Below, piece by piece: positions 12,901 to 31,800 of a stretch of 64,000 nucleotides of DNA (its first letter is position 1; every line of letters begins with the position of its first letter). The notes under the pieces were generated by a model that searched no databases, was not told the DNA's origin, and saw nothing but the letters and a program-made list of their open reading frames with translations. The stretch comes from Sphaerodactylus townsendi. Its lineage: Eukaryota. The position numbers and the translations under genes are program-made. The stretch lies in assembly GCF_021028975.2 (NCBI RefSeq), contig NC_059437.1:31930001-31994000 (forward strand), written 5' to 3'.

Positions 12901-14434
12901 CACCGAAACATTAGGAAGAACTTCATGATGGTCAGGGCTGTTTGAAAGTGGAATATGCTGCCTCGGAGGGTGGTGGAGGTTTTTAAACAGAGGTTTGATG
13001 GCCATCTATCAAGGATCCTTTGACTATGTCTTCCTGAATGGCAGGGGGGTGGACTTCATGGCCTTGTGGTTTCTTCCAACTCTATGATTCTATGATCCTA
13101 TTCTATGACAAGGTGGGCACTTTCGTTACTTTTACAACTGAGCACTCCAATTCTAAACTGCTTTCTATCCTACACACAGGTAGGATTAAACTTTGCAAAA
13201 AAGACCCACTTATTTGAGGTGTGCTGCCAGGACCATCCCATGCAACTTCTGTGTGCCTCTCTGGATATATGATAGGGAGGGGGGAAACAGGACAAAACCA
13301 TCATCCAACAGGGGAGGGGATTTTCACTCTGGAAAATAATGTTCTAGGGTTCCTAGACTTTGGGGGGCGAGGGCTATAGGCCCTGTCCCAGAAGAAATTT
13401 GGAGCAAAAGAAAAAAAATAAAGAAGAATGAAAAAAGAAAGGGAACAACCACACCCCCTCTTCCATGCAGAAGGGGCAGCCGACCCAATAAAGAGGCGAG
13501 CAAGTCAGCCCGGTGCCGGTCCATTGTCTCCCCGCGCCCCCCGCCCCCGCCAGCTGCAGAAGGCGAACCGCAGCGCCCCCTAGCCGCGCAACCGCCGAAC
13601 CGCAGGAGGAAAGAGAGAAAAACAACTTTGATTGGCAGGGCGGGGAGGAGGAGGAAGAGGCTGGAGCATCCCGCATCCCCGCTGTTGCTGCTGCCTCGGA
13701 CAGGACAAAGGGAGCGCAGGGCGAGCGCGCAGAGGCAGCGTTCCGGAGCCGGACCGCGCAGCTCTCGCAGCAGGGGCGCGTGCACGCACCCCGACTGCAC
13801 CCCCAAAGTTTCCCTCAGGGCCGGTTTAGCTACTGCAGCCCCCCCGCCCCTGCAGCTTCCCTGGAGCAGCAAAGGGAAGGAGCCTTTCAGCAAACCCCCC
13901 CGCCCCCCGGGATACAAAACCCACCTTCTGTTCACCCAAGAATATGGACAGGGAGCACCAGGTATTACTGCAGGACTTGCAAGCGGTTATGCTGGCGCGG
14001 GGGGGGGGGGGGGAGCCTTAGCAGGACTGGAGAAGCGAAGGGGGCGTGCTGCTAGACCCGATGCCTGTTCAGGGAGAAGCAAGCGCCATGCAATTAATTC
14101 AGTGGGGTGCAATTAATTCAGTGGGGTGGCTTTTCTTCCGTGCAAAAGCGCAGGGCTACAGACGAAGGAGCCGGGGGGATGGGTTTGAGGAACAGAATAG
14201 ACGTGCTGAAATTTGGGGACGGGGGTAAAAGGAGAGTTTGTCGGTGGTTTCTTACAGCAGCTTTTGCCTGGAAAGAAGCTGGGGTGGGGGGAGGATCGAC
14301 TGAGCCCCTGCCTTGTCCGGGGTCCATTCGTTTTGCTGGCAGCACCCGGTGCTTTCGCCGCCGGTTGGGCTTACCTGCAGCCTCTGGCACTGTTTTCCCC
14401 GGGGGTGCTCCGTGCTCTGGGGGCAGAGGATCAT
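3887..14434 (-). CDS. SESN4: Sestrin-family protein, divergent fourth paralogue (sestrin-4-like / 'sestrin-3-like'); 9 coding exons, 443 aa
   Basis: Exons 14434-14375, 10455-10249, 9525-9343, 8936-8706, 8528-8423, 7903-7785, 7606-7416, 6821-6677, 3976-3887. All GT-AG, phases consistent, total 1332 nt. Contains hallmark sestrin motifs [88 protein letters not shown]. Family call is certain; the paralogue name is inferred from divergence and synteny. Confidence 0.9.
6677..6821 (-). CDS. SESN4: Sestrin exon 8 (YDDYDY...FKHSEK)
   Basis: 145 nt, DD motif. Confidence 0.95.
7416..7606 (-). CDS. SESN4: Sestrin exon 7 ([11 protein letters not shown]...HCMFGIR)
   Basis: 191 nt, AG/GT bounded. Confidence 0.95.
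7785..7903 (-). CDS. SESN4: Sestrin exon 6 ([26 protein letters not shown]...FRVQ)
   Basis: 119 nt, DP.FGY.DF motif. Confidence 0.93.
8423..8528 (-). CDS. SESN4: Sestrin exon 5 ([23 protein letters not shown]...)
   Basis: 106 nt, AG/GT bounded, linker-helix similarity, phase 0->1. Confidence 0.85.
8706..8936 (-). CDS. SESN4: Sestrin exon 4 ([15 protein letters not shown]...LNRKR)
   Basis: 231 nt, [15 protein letters not shown] motif. Confidence 0.93.
9343..9525 (-). CDS. SESN4: Sestrin exon 3 (AAARHRC...KEHIE)
   Basis: 183 nt, carries the C-x-Y-x4-H redox motif and LAHRPWL. Confidence 0.95.
9899..9918. repeat. (TA)n microsatellite
   Basis: About 10 units. Confidence 0.9.
10249..10455 (-). 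CDS. SESN4: Sestrin exon 2 ([10 protein letters not shown]...RHYIAIM)
   Basis: AG/GT bounded, 207 nt, MDGPLP motif. Confidence 0.93.
10830..10976. mobile_element. Palindromic hAT MITE (147 bp)
   Basis: Self-complementary; 8-bp TSD TATTAAAT/CATTAAAT. Confidence 0.85.
12860..13108 (+). mobile_element. Older CR1 3' fragment
   Basis: CR1-like 3'UTR ending TTCCAACTCTATGATTCTATGA. Confidence 0.8.
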
Positions 14435-14870
14435 TTTCACCAGCCTGCCGGGTTACCCCCCTCCCCCTTCAGTACATAGACAGCAGGACCGACTACCGGC
14501 CTCGGAGCTGCGACTAACCGGCGAAGCTCGCAAGTCCGGACAGCCCAGCCAGAGTCAAGCCGTCAGGGGGCGTGGTACCTTCGCGCGACCAGCCAACCAC
14601 TTCAAAGGGGCGGGGACGGGGGAGGCTCCCGACCAATCAAGGGCGAGGGGCCGGGCTCATGGAGGCTTGCGGCAGGCGGGTTGCAAGACCACGTGGGGCC
14701 GAGCGGAAAGTTACCTGCCTGTCAACGGGAGAAAGGTCCGCCCTTTTCAAGAGAAAGGGGTGGACCGAAAGGTCCAGCGTGGTGTCCCTTGACAGCTCTT
14801 AAAGGAGCCGTGTCCTATTTTTTAAAAAGTATTTAGTTTTTATCCGGGAAGCGGGTCGTCAATTTCTGAC
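13480..14870. promoter_or_regulatory. CpG island / promoter and 5' region of the sestrin gene
   Basis: High GC/CpG density around exon 1; GC boxes (GGGGCGGGG ~14607), CCAAT (~14633), E-box CACGTG (~14690), Ets-like GCGGAA (~14703). Confidence 0.75.
14375..14434 (-). CDS. SESN4: Sestrin coding exon 1 ([20 protein letters not shown])
   Basis: ATG in CpG island, 60 nt, CAG|GTAAGC donor, phase 0 fits exon 2. Confidence 0.75.
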
Positions 14871-17226
14871 GAGTGTTTGGTTCCTGTTGAATAAAAATGT
14901 GCATCAGATCTCGGCCTCCAAAAAAGAAGGCCAGGTTGTAATAACCAAAACACCTCCCCTCGTTCAGCAAGAGGTGTTTTGGTTATTTTATATGTCCCTG
15001 TTTATGTGTTATGCATGTGATACATGCTGTTGTTTTTGATTACAGCATATATTACTGTAATTGTATATGATGCATTCAAAAAAAGCCAAAATATTGGTGT
15101 TAACCTGAGCATTTTAGTAGAAGATACTAAATTCATTTGGGGAGGTATTTGCCTCCCTTTCCAGGATCCTATCACCAGCAGCAAAATAGAGTGATAGTTA
15201 CTTTAACCTCCCCCATTTCTCTCTGTGCTTATAGCCCTTAAAACATTCAATTGTGAGGGAAAGAATAATGCAAGACTTTCAAAAGACAATTCCAATGTCA
15301 GAGCCCAAACCTCACCTGGAAGCTTAGTTTCTAAGTACAAATCCACCTGGACTGCCTAGTCTAGGATGAAAGCACTCTACAAGTGCACAAAGGCTCTGAC
15401 ACTCAATTCAGGCTTTGCTTCTGGATCTGGGAAGTGCCTTTAATATTCTCTGGCACTTACAATCCTTGCCCATAGGGAGTCCTCCTCACCTGCTCACCCA
15501 TTTTGAAGTAAAGACAGCAGCAAACAAGCTTTGATTTTCTCCTGGAATTACACTGAGGAAGGTACAGAACTATAGCTTGTTATAACATGACAAAAATCCT
15601 TTACATGAATTATTACAAAATGCTATTTATATAATTGTAGAGCCAGCAGATAAGGCAGGTGCAATTTGCATAATCTCCTTTGTTCTTTGTAAGTAAACGT
15701 TTAAACTACTAGGTGGCAATACACTATGTACCCTCTGTCTTAATCACTCATGCAAAAGATTATGTTTGCATCAGACTACATGCTGCTAAAAATATTAAAA
15801 GCAACATTTTTTTAAAATACACTGAACTTAATGGCAATATGTCCCTGACCACTAAAATCTGATTTGAAGACATCTGGCAACTGGGGCAGACGTAATCCTG
15901 ATTCAAATCGTGGTGCAGTGCAGTGCACTAAACTTACCCATAGCGACTGACAGCTCTACTGATGTGGACGGACTGAGGATTTCTTAACCCAGCAGCCATT
16001 GCAGCAATGCCTTGTTTGAGCCCATTAGTCTTCTCTCTACCTTCCTGTGTGTTTTTGGGGATGTCCCACAGCATTTGAGCCAGTTTCAAACTGGATAGGA
16101 GCTTGCCTGGGAGTGTTGTCTGCCGCCATGCACAACTGTACCATGTTTGCAGCATGAACCTGTAGTCATTAAAGTTTTTTTTCTAAAGAAGGAAAATAAG
16201 GGCCCTATTAAAAAGCAGAACAAACAGATCCCTACCCCTTTGCCCCTGTGGAATGACGACCCAATTTTAAAATTCATAACATTGTAGTATGCAAAGAAAA
16301 TCCAGCATAAAAGTGGAAATGCAGACTGTCAATCCCATTACGTGGCCCCACTACATCATTTATCTTGTTGCATCATCAGATAACCAACCATGCTAAGGCA
16401 GGGTTCCTGTAAATTACACAGACATATCTAAACATGCAGAAAAGCTCTGCATAACCTGAAAGCTTGCATCCAATATTTTAAAATGCCCAGAATCTTACAA
16501 TCATCCCATGTATGTTGTTTTCTCTTTCTGTGAAAACCAAGATAGAGGGTCCTGACTTAATGCTACTGTATCTCTTAGAGCTTAATTCTAATTTTAACTG
16601 GCCTCTCATATTCACAGAGTCTGATCTCAATATTCCTTTCAGGGCACCACAAATTGATACCGCTGCCTGATCTACTACAGCAAGGAAATCACCAACAGCA
16701 TTCCTGCTTTTGCTGCATTCTAATCCTTTATGTTGTTTGCTGTCCCCCCTGCCTGACATCTAAGGCACTGGAAATCCAAGCCCTCATCACTTACACTTTT
16801 CTTATGATGACCCAGCAAATGCCACTAGATTCCCCTGACTTTTTTTCCAAAGAGGAAGGGCTACCAAACAACCAGCTCAGAGGGTGTGCATCAAAGGGAG
16901 GAAGGAATGCACAAGTCTGCACAGGCCTTGCAACTGCCCATCAATGCTCCCCCCACCCCCCACCCCCCCACACATAACAGTGCTGTTTGCTGAGAGCTTC
17001 TTTTCACCATGTTCTGGCAAATCCACTTTCTGCTGCAGCTTCCCTTCAGAGCTTCCAATCAGAAGCCTCCCTGGTGACATCAGCTTTAAAAACAGAAGGG
17101 CTCCAGCTCTGAATGCAAAATGGGTTCAATAGATAAGGCAGCTGCAATCCACTCTCCGCTCCAAAGTGCTTTTTTTCCCAGCATCCCAAGAAAGACAGGA
17201 GGCCTGAACACTCTTGTAGCCAAGTG

Positions 17227-17232
17227 TTTATT
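17227..17232 (-). terminator. Polyadenylation signal AATAAA of CXorf65
   Basis: TTTATT on + strand about 100 nt past the stop codon. Confidence 0.7.
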
Positions 17233-17329
17233 CAAGCACGGGGCAGAATGGCAGTGAGCTCTGCAGGTCCAGTATCTGGGGCCCCACAGACCCTTCCTGG
17301 CTCCCTCTGGCCATAGTTTCAAGCCTTTT

Positions 17330-26232
<8,903 letters not shown>

Positions 26233-26432
26233 GCCCCAGCTGCCTTTTGCACTGCAGGACAGCTCTCTGCATGTTGAGCAGCCCCGGAACCATTGTGACA
26301 TCTTGTAACTCCACACTCTGGAACAGTTAGTGAGGTCAACAATGACACAGTTTCTTCAGACATTCAGATCTGGCCACTGTAAGGTACAACAGTTGGACCT
26401 TGTTGGGAGCAGGATGGCTTAAATCAGACTCA

Positions 26433-26573
26433 GGCTCATTCCGCACATGCAGAATAATGCACTTTCAAACTGCTTTCAGTGCTCTTTGAAGCTGTGCAGA
26501 ATAGCAAAATCCACTTGCAAACAGTTGTGAAAGTGGTTTGAAAACGCATTATTTTGCGTGTGCGGAAGGGGCC
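26433..26573. mobile_element. MITE with 3-bp TSD (PIF/Harbinger-like), 141 bp
   Basis: Imperfect terminal inverted repeats GGCTCATTCCGCAC...GTGCGGAAGGGGCC; TSD TCA; second copy at 33814. Confidence 0.8.
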
Positions 26574-28205
26574 TCAGAGTCACGATGCAAGAAGGATATG
26601 TAGGAAAGGAAGCCATAGGTGGTTTGTGGCTTAGCTATAGGCATCAGAGTAAAGATAAGAATGCTAAGAGTCCCAGCTTTACCAGGGCAAACCAAACCAT
26701 GATTAAAGACCTTGAAAGCAGAAGATGTGCACTGGAAGCAAGGCAGGATATTGAGGATGAAAAGTACTAGGCCAATCTACTTGCAAAGGTGAACTTGGAG
26801 CTTGAAAATATCTGGATGGGAGATCTCCCTGCCACTTGCTTAAGTTCCAACAGCAGGTAGGTGTCAGACAGTGTCCCATGCCACATGCCCTACCCTATGG
26901 AGTCTGTCACATCCCACCAGGGATTTTTATGTGGCCAATGGGTTGGTAGGGAAGGGACTGGGGTTCTGGTTTGGTCTCCCCATTGGCATGCCACTTAAAC
27001 AACCCTTCTAGGGGCTTGGGTGCTTAGGCTGAGGTTGTACCAAAGTGGGAGCTTCTCTCCCTCTTGTAGTGGCACCCAATGGAGCTGTGCTGATGATTTT
27101 GCTGATACAACCTTGGGCCCAGGAAAGGGGACATTCTTGCACCCAAACTGCTCAGGGAGCCACATCTAACCATCCCTGACCCCAGGAATGGCCATTGCCC
27201 CCTTTGGCACTGGCACAGGCCCCTGCACCTGGGATACACCCACACATGGCTGCCACACAGCTGTGCTGATGTGGATTCATGGTGCTGCTGCCACATACCA
27301 GCACAACTGTCCCCCTTGGCCAGCATAATTGGCCTTGCGGTAGCATGAGGGCCATCAGCACCAGAATAGGGGTCACACTGCTCCCTCTGCCCTTTAGCCT
27401 CCTAAGACTGTACTGCAAGTCTCCCTTTAAAGAAGGCGCTGATTAAAGATCTCCCGTCATAAGGTGCCAGTAGATACCAAATTTTGACAGCAGGGCTACT
27501 ATAGCAGTTTGCAGACACAGAAAACTGTTAGCCTGGCCCCTGGTGCATCTCTGCTGTTGGTGGCTGAAAGATGCACGACACATTTCAGCCCTGCAGAATC
27601 AGGGTGGCCTGAAGAGCCAGATGAGTCTCCTCTATCTTTGGGGATTTCCTGATGTTGACCTGACTAATCAGTCTCAGATTAGGCAGTTTATTGTTCCATT
27701 ACAAATTAAACTGCTTCCATTCTGCCTGAATGACCAGCTTTCCTCTGGGCTGTCACTTAGGTGTCAAATTCACGGCCCTCCAGATGCTATGGACTACAGT
27801 TTCCATCATCCCCTGCCAGCATCATGCAGGTGGTAGCTGGAAATCTTCCTGGGATTGTAACTGACATCCAGGTGATAGAGGATATTTGGAGATACTTGGA
27901 AAAAATGACTGCTTTGTAAGGTGGACTTTATAAGCATTGAAGACCCATCTCTCCGCAAAACCCACATGTACGGAGAGATTCTCTCCTGCATCCAATTAGA
28001 GGACTACAACATATTTTTAAAGGCTTTCTCTGTGCAGAACTGTTTAAAAACAAGAGTTCTCCATGAATTATCAATTAAAGGGGAGGGCGGTATACAAATC
28101 GAACAATACAATACAATACAGTTCTGATAATACAAAAAGTAAGGGGGTGAATATGACCCTTTGAACTATTAACCAACAAACCAGACACAATTCCTGTAGA
28201 AACTT

Positions 28206-28211
28206 TTTATT
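28206..28211 (-). terminator. Probable IL2RG polyadenylation signal AATAAA
   Basis: TTTATT on + strand about 490 nt past the stop, after an AU-rich UTR. Confidence 0.6.
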
Positions 28212-28694
28212 TTTTACTGAGATAAGAAATTATTCTGTGTATTGAGAACAACAGGAAAAAAATTACAGGACTAAAAAAGTTAACCCCACAATCATTGTGA
28301 AGATAAATGCTAAAATTATAAAAGTTCCAAGTACAGATTCCATCAAAATTAGGTCCCCCTGAAGTCACTATATAAACACCTCTGAACTTGGAAGAAATGT
28401 CCCACAGAGATAATTATGACAAACCTGTTCATTCTTCATATTGTGAGATTTAGTTCTGGGCATAAAGCCACTAATTCATAGTTATGTTTCTCAATGATGT
28501 AACAGCGAGTGCATTACTGAGAAAAAAAGCTAATAGATATTTTCTAGAAATTATCAGGCCTGCTTTTGTTTAACCATCTAAACCATTAACACTCAGAGTA
28601 AGTGACTGCAGCAGTGTGAGGAAAGTGTGTCTGCTGTAACACAAGCTCCAGCCAGGAAACACTCCACACTTATAAGCGGCTGGTCTGACTTGCT

Positions 28695-28880
28695 CTATTC
28701 AACGTCAATCTTGAGGACAGAGTCCGTGGAGACTGCAGGCACCTCTCCGGCTCTGCCCAGGATGTCATTGCCCAGGGGCAAATATCCTCCACCAGGAACC
28801 AATTCTGTGACATGGCAGATGCTTTCACGGTAGCTAGACTTGAAGCTCTCCACAGCATCCTTGGGGACTCCAGCCCATTC
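28695..28880 (-). CDS. IL2RG: IL2RG exon 8 (EWAGVPKDAVESFK...KIDVE*)
   Basis: 186 nt, W.GV.K...ES and C.V.E motifs, TAG stop. Confidence 0.92.
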   Translation of the reverse strand, partial: EWAGVPKDAVESFKSSYRESICHVTELVPGGGYLPLGNDILGRAGEVPAVSTDSVLKIDVE

Positions 28881-31800
28881 CTGGGAACAGAAATGGCATA
28901 TTGAGAAGAACACGCCTCTCCTTACCCCCTACGGATCCCCCAAGGATCCGGATCCCCCAAGGATCCGTATTGGGACCAGTGCTCTTTAACTTATTCATAA
29001 ATGACCTGGAAGTAGGGGTGGGTAGTGTGGTGGCCAAGTTTGCAGATGATACCAAATTATGTAGGGTGGTGAGAACCACAAAGGATTGCGAAGAGCTCCA
29101 AGCGGACCTTGATAAATTAGGTGAGTGGGCTCAGAAATGGCAAATGCAGTTCAATGTAGCAAAATGTAAAGTGATGCACATAGGGGCAAAAAATCCAAAC
29201 TTCACATACACGCTACAGGGGTCAGTGCTATGGTCTGAATAGAGGAAGAGAGGGATTTGAAGCGTCTTAGTTGATAGTTCCATGGGAATGTCAACTCAAT
29301 GCATGGCAGCTGTGAAAAAGGCAAACTCTATGCTGGGGATAATTAGGAAAGGAGTTGATAATAAAACTGCAAAGATTGTCTTGCCCTTATAAAAAGCAGT
29401 GGTGCGACCGCACTTGGAGTACTGTGTTCAGTTCTGGTCGCCACATCTCAAAAAGGATATCGAAGAGATAGAAAAAGTGCAGAGAAGGGCAACGAGGATG
29501 ATTGATGGATTGGAGCACCTTCCTTATGAGGAGAGGCTACAGCATTTGGGACTCTTTAGTTTGGAGAGGAGACGTCTGAGGGGGAATATGATTGAAGTCT
29601 ATAAAATTATGCATGGGGTAGAAAATGTTGACAGAGAGAAATTTTTCTCTCTTTATCACAATACTAGAACCAGGGGGCATACATTGAAAATGCTGGGGGG
29701 AAGAATTAGGACTAATAAAAGGAAACACGTGTGATTGGTGTTTAGAATATGCTGCCATAGGAGGTGGTGATGGCCACTAACCTGGATAGCTTTAAAAAGG
29801 GCTTGGACAGATTTATGGAGGAGAAGTCAATCTATGGCTACCAATCTTGATCCTCCTTGATCTCAGATTGCATATGCCTTAGCAGACCAGGTGCTCAGGA
29901 GCAGCAGCAGCAGAAGGCCATTGCTTTCACATCCTGCATGTGAGCTCCCAAAGGCACCTGGTGGGCCACTGCGAGTAGCAGAATGCTGGACTAGATGGAC
30001 TCTGGTCTGATCCAGCAGGCTAGTTCTTATGTTCTTATGTTCTTAAGGTATCCCCACCTCACTCTCCTGGAAGTTTCCTGGTTCTATCTGTTCTGTGGAC
30101 TGGCTGATTTTTCCCCTACATGCTGGTTCTTCTTTTCTTTTTGCCTTTTGTCCAGTTGCTCAGATGATGTGTGACACAGAATCCTGCTCATGATAATATG
30201 GAGACCCAGGGCCTAACCAGATGGGATGCTGGGAATTCTGTGGCTGGCGCTCCCCAAGCAGAGTTGCCAACCTACAGATAGGGCCTAGAGAATTTTCCTG
30301 GAATTACAACTGACCTTTCAAGAAAATAGCAGCTTTGGAGGCTGGACTCTGTGGCATCACATCCCTCCTGAGGACTCCACCATCCCCAGGGTCCACCCTA
30401 AAATCTCTGTGCATTTCCCAACCAGAGTTGACAACCCTATCCCCAAGCATACTTTCTTTGTAAACTCAGTTCAAGGCTATGGCTCAGAACAAGGGGCTTA
30501 ATCCTTCCCCAACACACACAAGCACACAGTGCTGCCTTGACACCCATGGTCAATCCGAGCATCACACCAACAGAATTCTCTTTGAAACTTGTTCTGAATC
30601 GTTCTTAAGCAAGGCATGCTCTGACCTAGATGACCCACATTGACCCGAACTCGTCAGATCTTGGAAACTTAGTAGGCCCAGCTACGGTTAACACTTGGAC
30701 AGGGTATCACTAAGGAAATCCAGGATCTCTATGGAGAGGTAGGTAATGGCAGAGTCAACTATAGTTTGGCAGCACTTTACCACCGCCTACATAGGGAACA
30801 ATTCTCTACTTTTGGACATGATACCATCAGAGGTTCTTACTGAAAAATTGCCCTGGTAGGCTGTGAAGAGCTCTTCAAATTTGTGGCTGGGATTGGGGAT
30901 TCTGGGCATCAGGACCACCCATACCCTGTAAGAAGAGAAAGTGGGTTAAGGGTGGCAAAGCTGCAGGGTTTGCACTGTAGAGCTTGCAAGGGCTTATCAA
31001 CCTCCCTGTGAAAAGACCTCATCCTGCATACAGAGGCTAATGGAAGCATGATTCCCGAGTGATTATTCACAGAGAAACTATATTACTGATACATCTAGAG
31101 AATCATTTGTTAGAGCAAATTCACAAAAACCAGTTCTATCCATTTATCAAACAGTAATTTGCATTTTTGTCACAGGGTCAGATTAGTTTCCAGTCCATGA
31201 TGGGATGCATATGGAAACAGCTACCTCTTCACTTATGAAAAATCATCTTGGTTGAGTGGCAGAGCAGATGCACATCTCATGTGCTTGGGTCCCAATGGAG
31301 TTCCTGGCCTATCAGGGCCCAGTTTTTGGTCTTGTGGTCAGCCTTTGATCTGCCTCAGGACAACCCAATCCTCTACTGTTCATTCTCCTTAATACCTTTC
31401 CATTTCTTTATATGGATTTTCAAATTACCTTTGGAATTGTCCTCTTGAATGAAAATCTAAACTGAGCATCTTCCATTTGTACTATCTCTATGCACATGGT
31501 TCTTGGCAGCCATTTCCTACAGGTAAATGTCTGTGAAATTCTAGACAATTTTAATTTGTGCTGTTACATATATAAAATAGCATTTTATTACACTGTTCTC
31601 TAATCCTGTGATCCTGCTTTATTGTACATGCTGTGTTTAGTACATCCCTGTGTAGGTTCATAATCCAGTATCGCTGTGTTGATTTATTGCATATAACATT
31701 CTGTGTTCTATGTAATCCACTTTGAGTCTCAGGAAGAATAGTGGACTATAAATGAACAAATAAATATATCAGTCAGGCCTGTCCTGGACATTTTAAAATC

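Noticed and set aside
14090-14127. 19-bp tandem duplication GCAATTAATTCAGTGGGGT x2
   Set aside because: Real but most simply replication slippage; no functional evidence.
13324-14800. Long overlapping ORFs (203, 180, 162, 159 aa) in the CpG island
   Set aside because: Low-complexity Gly/Arg/Pro/Ala translations expected from GC-rich DNA. Only the 60-nt sestrin exon 1 has splice and homology support.
15704-15720. CTCF-like motif ACTACTAGGTGGCAAT between the sestrin promoter and the CXorf65 3' end
   Set aside because: Single partial motif match; not supportable without PWM scoring or ChIP data.
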